A stretch of DNA of 64,000 bases from Longimicrobiales bacterium (GTDB lineage: Bacteria; Gemmatimonadota; Gemmatimonadetes; Longimicrobiales; Gaopeijiaceae), in assembly GCA_965249725.1 (NCBI GenBank), contig CBDFMQ010000002.1, positions 2,048,001 through 2,112,000 of the forward strand, written 5' to 3'. The notes under the pieces are model-generated. The model did no database searches, was not told the DNA's origin, and worked only from the letters and a program-made list of their open reading frames with translations. Positions within the stretch are counted from its first letter, which is position 1. Each line of letters opens with the position of its first letter. The translations under genes were made by a program, and so were the position numbers. Shown piece by piece: positions 60,159 through 64,000 of this stretch.

Positions 60159-60338
60159 ATGAAACAGCAGGCCTACTCGCTTTGTCCGGAGTGCACGGCG
60201 TGTCCGGAGGTGACGTTTCTCGAGGACGGCAAGGTCAGCATTGGTGAGGCACCGAACCTCGTTACCCTGACGCGGGAGGAGTGGAACGTCCTGGTTCGCC
60301 TCGTGCGCTCCGGCATGGTCGCGGAGTCACATGGCTGA
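60159..60338 (+). CDS. 59-aa CxxCxxC protein, first gene of the metal operon
   Basis: [28 protein letters not shown]...; overlaps the next gene. Confidence 0.75.
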   Translation: MKQQAYSLCPECTACPEVTFLEDGKVSIGEAPNLVTLTREEWNVLVRLVRSGMVAESHG

Positions 60339-60705
60339 ATCCCGCGCCGCGGCTTCGTCCGCGCTGGTCGCGGCTTTCGGGACTCTCGTCTGCTGTGCTC
60401 TGCCGTCGCTCCTAGTCCTGCTCGGCTTTGGATCTACGGTCGCTGCGGCGGTCTCGGCTGCTCCCTGGCTCGTGGTTTTGTCTCAGAACAAGGCGTGGGT
60501 ATTCCTCGCGTCCGGTCTGTTGATCATCGGGAGTCGAGGGTACTCCGAGTACGTCGTGCCTCGCATCGTCCCGGAGGGGGCCACGTGTCCGCCCGCGCTC
60601 GGGCGGTGGACTCGCGCCATCTGGTGGACTTCCGTCGGGGTGTATGGTGTTGGATTCTTCGTCGCTTTCGCCCTCGGGCCCATCCTGATGAGGCTCGAAG
60701 GCTGA
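60331..60705 (+). CDS. MerT/MerF-like metal transport membrane protein
   Basis: TLVCCALP vicinal Cys in TM1, three TM helices, loop Cys (ATCP). Confidence 0.75.
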   Translation: MAESRAAASSALVAAFGTLVCCALPSLLVLLGFGSTVAAAVSAAPWLVVLSQNKAWVFLASGLLIIGSRGYSEYVVPRIVPEGATCPPALGRWTRAIWWTSVGVYGVGFFVAFALGPILMRLEG

Positions 60706-61562
60706 TGCCTCTTTCCGTCCTGAGGTGCCTTCTCGGTATGACCGCCGCCGCGGCGATCGTGGCGCCGCCCTTGTCCTCCCAGGGACACGGGCCAGTGTAC
60801 GGGCTCTCTACGCCGACGCTTGGGCGCGGCGGGTGGAGCCTCGACGTGGCGGGCATGGGACGGTTCATCGAGGGAGGTCGGATGGCGATGATCCGCCCCA
60901 TGCTCAGCTTCGGAGTAACCGAGGACCTCCAGGTATCGGTGTCGATTCCCGTCAGACTGGAACGCGATTCGGTGACTCCTGGGGTGCGGGCCTTTACAAG
61001 GATGCCAGCCTCTCAGGACGTCGAGATGATGGTGGGCTGGCGGTTGCAGAGACGGGGCACGGGTGTGGGTGCCCGACGAGAGACGACGGTCTGGTTGGCT
61101 GCAGACGTACCGACGGACGGGCGTCGCGAGGGACTCGAGACGGCACCCAGTCTCTTTGGCTCCATCGTCACCGGGTACGCTTCGCGTTCGGCCTACCTCT
61201 GGTTGGGAGGGGCCTACGAGCGCTCACTCACGGCCGGACTGGAACATGACCGTGCGGGGGACGTCGCGATGGGAAGCCTGGTCATCGGCTATCGACCGCC
61301 GTCGTTTCGCGGAGACTACCCATCTGCGGACTGGCGTGCCTTCATCGAAGTCGTGGGAGAGGCCGTACGGCGCGACCGGGTCGGAGGCGTCGAAGTGGCG
61401 GACAGCTGTGGCCGACAGCTATACGGCGCCCTCACCCTCCTCGGCCTCTACGGCTCCTGGGGACTGGCCGGCGGGCCGGCCTTCCCCCTATATCAGTCAC
61501 TGAACGGGAATCAATCGGACGAAGGCGTGCGCCTGGCTTTGAACGCGACGTTCTGGTTCTAA
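60705..61562 (+). CDS. Secreted, probably outer-membrane beta-barrel protein
   Basis: TGATG coupling; signal peptide; amphipathic strands; ends LALNATFWF. Confidence 0.65.
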   Translation: MPLSVLRCLLGMTAAAAIVAPPLSSQGHGPVYGLSTPTLGRGGWSLDVAGMGRFIEGGRMAMIRPMLSFGVTEDLQVSVSIPVRLERDSVTPGVRAFTRMPASQDVEMMVGWRLQRRGTGVGARRETTVWLAADVPTDGRREGLETAPSLFGSIVTGYASRSAYLWLGGAYERSLTAGLEHDRAGDVAMGSLVIGYRPPSFRGDYPSADWRAFIEVVGEAVRRDRVGGVEVADSCGRQLYGALTLLGLYGSWGLAGGPAFPLYQSLNGNQSDEGVRLALNATFWF

Positions 61563-61581
61563 CCCAAGGAGAGACTTGCTC

Positions 61582-62079
61582 ATGTACAAACCTATCCTTC
61601 TGGCACTCACTGCCGTTGCGCTGCTATCGGGAGCGGCGGAAGCCCAGCTTCGCTCAGTCGAGCAGTCGATCTATGGGATGGACTGAAGTGTCTGCGCCCA
61701 CGCCGTGAGCGTGGCAGTGAAGAAGCTCGACGGGGTCGAGAGTGCAGACGTCAGCCTGAACGAGGGTCGTGTCAGCGTACAGTTCTCTTCCGAGAACGGG
61801 GTGACAATCGACCAGCTTCGCCGAACGATCCGGGATCAGGGCTTCTCACCGAGGGACGCGATGCTGACCCTGTCGGCGGTGATCGAGATGCGTGACGGGG
61901 CACTCGTCGCGGTGGTTCCTGGCTCCGGAGCGGCCTACACGCTAACGGCCGAAGAGTCGATCCGCTCTCGGCTGACGAGCGCCACCGGTGGCACGGTCAT
62001 CGTCCGGGGACGCGTGGAGGCGGACGAGAACGATGAGACTCCCACCTCACTAGCCGTAACCCTTGTGGGTGGTGGGTGA
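61582..62079 (+). CDS. Secreted HMA/MerP-like probable selenoprotein (TGA at 61684-61686 read as Sec) with an extra C-terminal domain
   Basis: AAGGAG RBS; signal peptide MYKPILLALTAVALLSGAAEA; IYGMD-[TGA]-SVCAHAV in frame with KKLDGVESADVSL (HMA fold, GMxCxxC). Confidence 0.82.
61692..61717 (+). promoter_or_regulatory. Candidate SECIS hairpin for the HMA gene
   Basis: CCACGC-CGTGA-GCGTGG stem-loop extended by CTG/CAG; G at the second loop position; 17 nt between UGA and loop. Confidence 0.6.
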
Positions 62080-62095
62080 TGGCAGAAGGTCTCCC

Positions 62096-62491
62096 ATGAG
62101 AATCGGTGAGTTGGCTCGGCAGGCTGGGGTGACGCCCGATGCGCTTCGCTTTTACGAGCGCTCCGGGCTCATCTCACCGCCTCCTCGCACCCCGGGTGGA
62201 TACCGGAACTACGGGGCCGTCGTCCTTGAGGACCTGAGCTTCATTCGTAAGGGACAGGCCCTTGGCCTCCGCCTCGCAGAGATCCGTGAGGTGATGGCGA
62301 TGACGGCGGACGGGCAGGTGCCTTGCGCACATGTGCGCTCAGCGGTCGTGGCTCGGCTCGAGGAAGTGGAGCGCCGGATCTCCGAGCTTCGGGCGCTACG
62401 CACGGCGTTGAAGAGTGCGTTGACCCGTCTCGACACGACGGGTCTCTCGGCGCCGGGGTGTCGCTGCGCCGCGATCGAGGGGCTCGACTAG
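62096..62491 (+). CDS. MerR-family heavy-metal regulator (ZntR/CadR-like)
   Basis: MRIGELARQAGVTPDALRFYER HTH; Cys at the start of the dimerisation helix (VPCAHV); C-terminal CRC. Confidence 0.92.
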   Translation: MRIGELARQAGVTPDALRFYERSGLISPPPRTPGGYRNYGAVVLEDLSFIRKGQALGLRLAEIREVMAMTADGQVPCAHVRSAVVARLEEVERRISELRALRTALKSALTRLDTTGLSAPGCRCAAIEGLD

Positions 62492-62539
62492 GAGCACACC
62501 CAACCAGTTGCGACTCGACTGACTCTGACGCGGCCGGCC

Positions 62540-62571
62540 TTGACCCTGTACTACGCCACAGGGTTTACTCT
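62540..62571 (+). promoter_or_regulatory. Second MerR-type promoter/operator (CadR/PbrR-like dyad)
   Basis: -35 TTGACC, 20-bp spacer, -10 TACTCT; dyad ACCCTGT-N8-ACAGGGT. Confidence 0.8.
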
Positions 62572-62576
62572 TGTAT

Positions 62577-63166
62577 ATGACCAAGACCGAAACGCTCACG
62601 ATCGGTCAGCTGGCGGCTTCGGCCGGTGTGGGACGCGAGACGATCCGGTACTACGAGCGGAAGAGCCTCCTCGAGGAGCCTCCGCGTTCGGCTGCTGGAT
62701 ACCGCCACTATCCTCCCGATGTCCCTCGGCGGCTCCGCTTCATCTGTCGCGCGCAGGAGTTGGGATTCACGCTGGCCGAGATCTCGGGCCTCCTCGATCT
62801 GCGCGTGGACGAAGTCTCCGCGTATGCCGCGGTGGAGACGAGGGCGCGCGAGAAGCTGGAGGTTGCTGTGAAGGAATCGATGAAGGCCACGGTATCGGGC
62901 GTCGGCGGTGTCTTGGCAGCGACAGGGTCCGCGCTGTGCTGCGCCGGACCGGTGGTGGCTGTGAGCTTGGGCGTTTCGGGTGCCGGACTGTCGGCTTTCG
63001 AGCCTTTCAGGCCCTACTTCCTCGGTGCGACCGCCGCCTTTCTCGCGACCGCGCCGAGGGGTTCGTCACGTTCGATACAACCATGACATCGGTGGCCGAG
63101 ATCGTAGCTGAGTTGAGACGGATGACGGCCTTCAGCGCGACCGAGCGACCGGATTCAGGAGGCTGA
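62577..63166 (+). pseudogene. Collapsed merR-merT-merP(HMA)-like cassette with two internal deletions
   Basis: MerR N-terminal part to about 62862, MerT N-half (ALCCAGP, FEPFRPYF) from GTG 62868 to about 63046, then an out-of-frame HMA tail (DRAEGFVTFD...) to 63166. Confidence 0.82.
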
Positions 63167-63168
63167 AG

Positions 63169-63453
63169 ATGAATACCCCACGCATCGAGCTGGTCTACTT
63201 CGAGGGCTGCCCGAACGCTTCGCAGGCAAGGGAGAACATTCGGGCCGCCGTTGAAGCCTCCGGAAGGCCGCTCGAGTGGTCCGAGTGGGACCTTATGGCG
63301 GAGTCAACGCCCGAAGACCTCCAGCGCTACGGTTCGCCCACAGTGTTGATCGACGGTCAGGATGTAACTGGAGAAGGCACCGGCGCGGTCGCGATGGCCT
63401 GCCGGGCCGACGGAGCCCCTTCGGTCGCCTTGATCGCAGAGAGACTACAGTAA
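63169..63453 (+). CDS. Thioredoxin-like protein of mer-type clusters
   Basis: AGGAGG RBS; IELVYFEGCPN, YGSPTVLIDG, MACR. Confidence 0.78.
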   Translation: MNTPRIELVYFEGCPNASQARENIRAAVEASGRPLEWSEWDLMAESTPEDLQRYGSPTVLIDGQDVTGEGTGAVAMACRADGAPSVALIAERLQ

Positions 63454-63737
63454 CCGTCGTCGAGTTCGGAGCCCTGAGTGACTCAGGCCAAGAGGATGGT
63501 AAGTCATCAAGAACGCCCTAACTCGCGAGTTGCCCCGGGTCGGACCCCTCGATGCCCACGGGCCCGGGCGCGATAGTTAGCCTGGTAGACGTGAGTTCGG
63601 CAATGCGGTTCGCCTAATCGCGCCGCTAGTAGGACGGAGGACTCGGAGGCCAGCCCTTGTCCTTGCATGATCAGGATCGCAACGTCGTTGGTTGCTACAG
63701 GATCTCTCCCATCGATCTGAAACCCGAGGGCAAGCCC

Positions 63738-64000
63738 ATGAATATCCAGCGATGCCGAAGCGTGTGGACGCTGGGCGCTGTGTTGATTACTGCCCTCGCC
63801 GGCGACGCCGGGGCGGCGATGCAACAGAGTCCCAAGGATGAGGTAGCCTCGGTGGTCGGCGCCTTTCATGTGGCTCTCGCGGCAGGCGATTCGGTCGCCG
63901 CGCTGACCCACCTGGCCGATGACGTGGTCATCCTGGAGGGCGGTGCGGTCGAGGACAAGGAGCACTACCGCTCCGGACACCTGGCCGGGGACATGCGCTT
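63738..64000 (+). CDS. Secreted NTF2/DUF4440-like protein, N-terminal part (runs off the window)
   Basis: Manual translation: signal peptide, then VGAFHVALAAGDSVAALTHLADDVVILEGG...HYRSGHL. Confidence 0.72.
   Translation, partial: MNIQRCRSVWTLGAVLITALAGDAGAAMQQSPKDEVASVVGAFHVALAAGDSVAALTHLADDVVILEGGAVEDKEHYRSGHLAGDMR

Noticed and set aside
3947..61686. Genome-wide UGA reassignment (Trp/Gly code) as the explanation for in-frame TGA
   Set aside because: Many conserved genes (leuA, leuC, thrB, thrC, batD) end in TGA at their expected C-termini, often overlapping the next start; the two internal TGAs fall on Cys positions
62571..63086. Functional novel membrane-tethered MerR-MerT sensor
   Set aside because: Both parts are truncated, the MerR metal ligands are lost and the last residues are out-of-frame HMA sequence; decay is the simpler explanation
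1..64000. tRNA (including tRNA-Sec), rRNA, transposase, integrase or prophage genes
   Set aside because: None recognised by eye; a tRNAscan/Infernal run would be needed to exclude small RNAs

Overview
High-GC bacterial chromosomal window. Gene content (two PadR+ADOP permease pairs, many Tat/lipoprotein hydrolases, a MoxR-bat operon) suggests a Gemmatimonadota/Acidobacteriota-like organism; this is inference, and there is no rRNA here. Housekeeping blocks are leuABCD, thrBC, a YchF-like ATPase, moxR-DUF58-batABCDE, an aquaporin, a K+ channel and several peptidases and transporters. Signals missed by the ORF track: (1) Two probable selenoproteins with an in-frame UGA at a conserved Cys position, each followed by a SECIS-like hairpin: an ArsC-family protein (3908-4258, G-U-Q-S-C) and a secreted HMA/MerP-like protein (61582-62079, GMD-U-SV-C). 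(2) The latter lies in an apparently intact five-gene metal operon (CxxCxxC mini-protein, MerT-like transporter, putative outer-membrane protein, Sec-HMA, MerR regulator) behind a PzntA-like MerR promoter. This is the best candidate for an undescribed system. (3) A complete leader-peptide attenuator (five CUU codons; 1:2, 2:3 and 3:4 pairings) upstream of leuA. (4) Repeated deletion scars: a collapsed succinate dehydrogenase operon, collapsed merR-merT-merP, and orphan cusA and nmrA tails. There are also two single-base frameshifts, small unannotated ORFs and short tandem repeats. All family calls come from motif recognition by eye; no searches were run.
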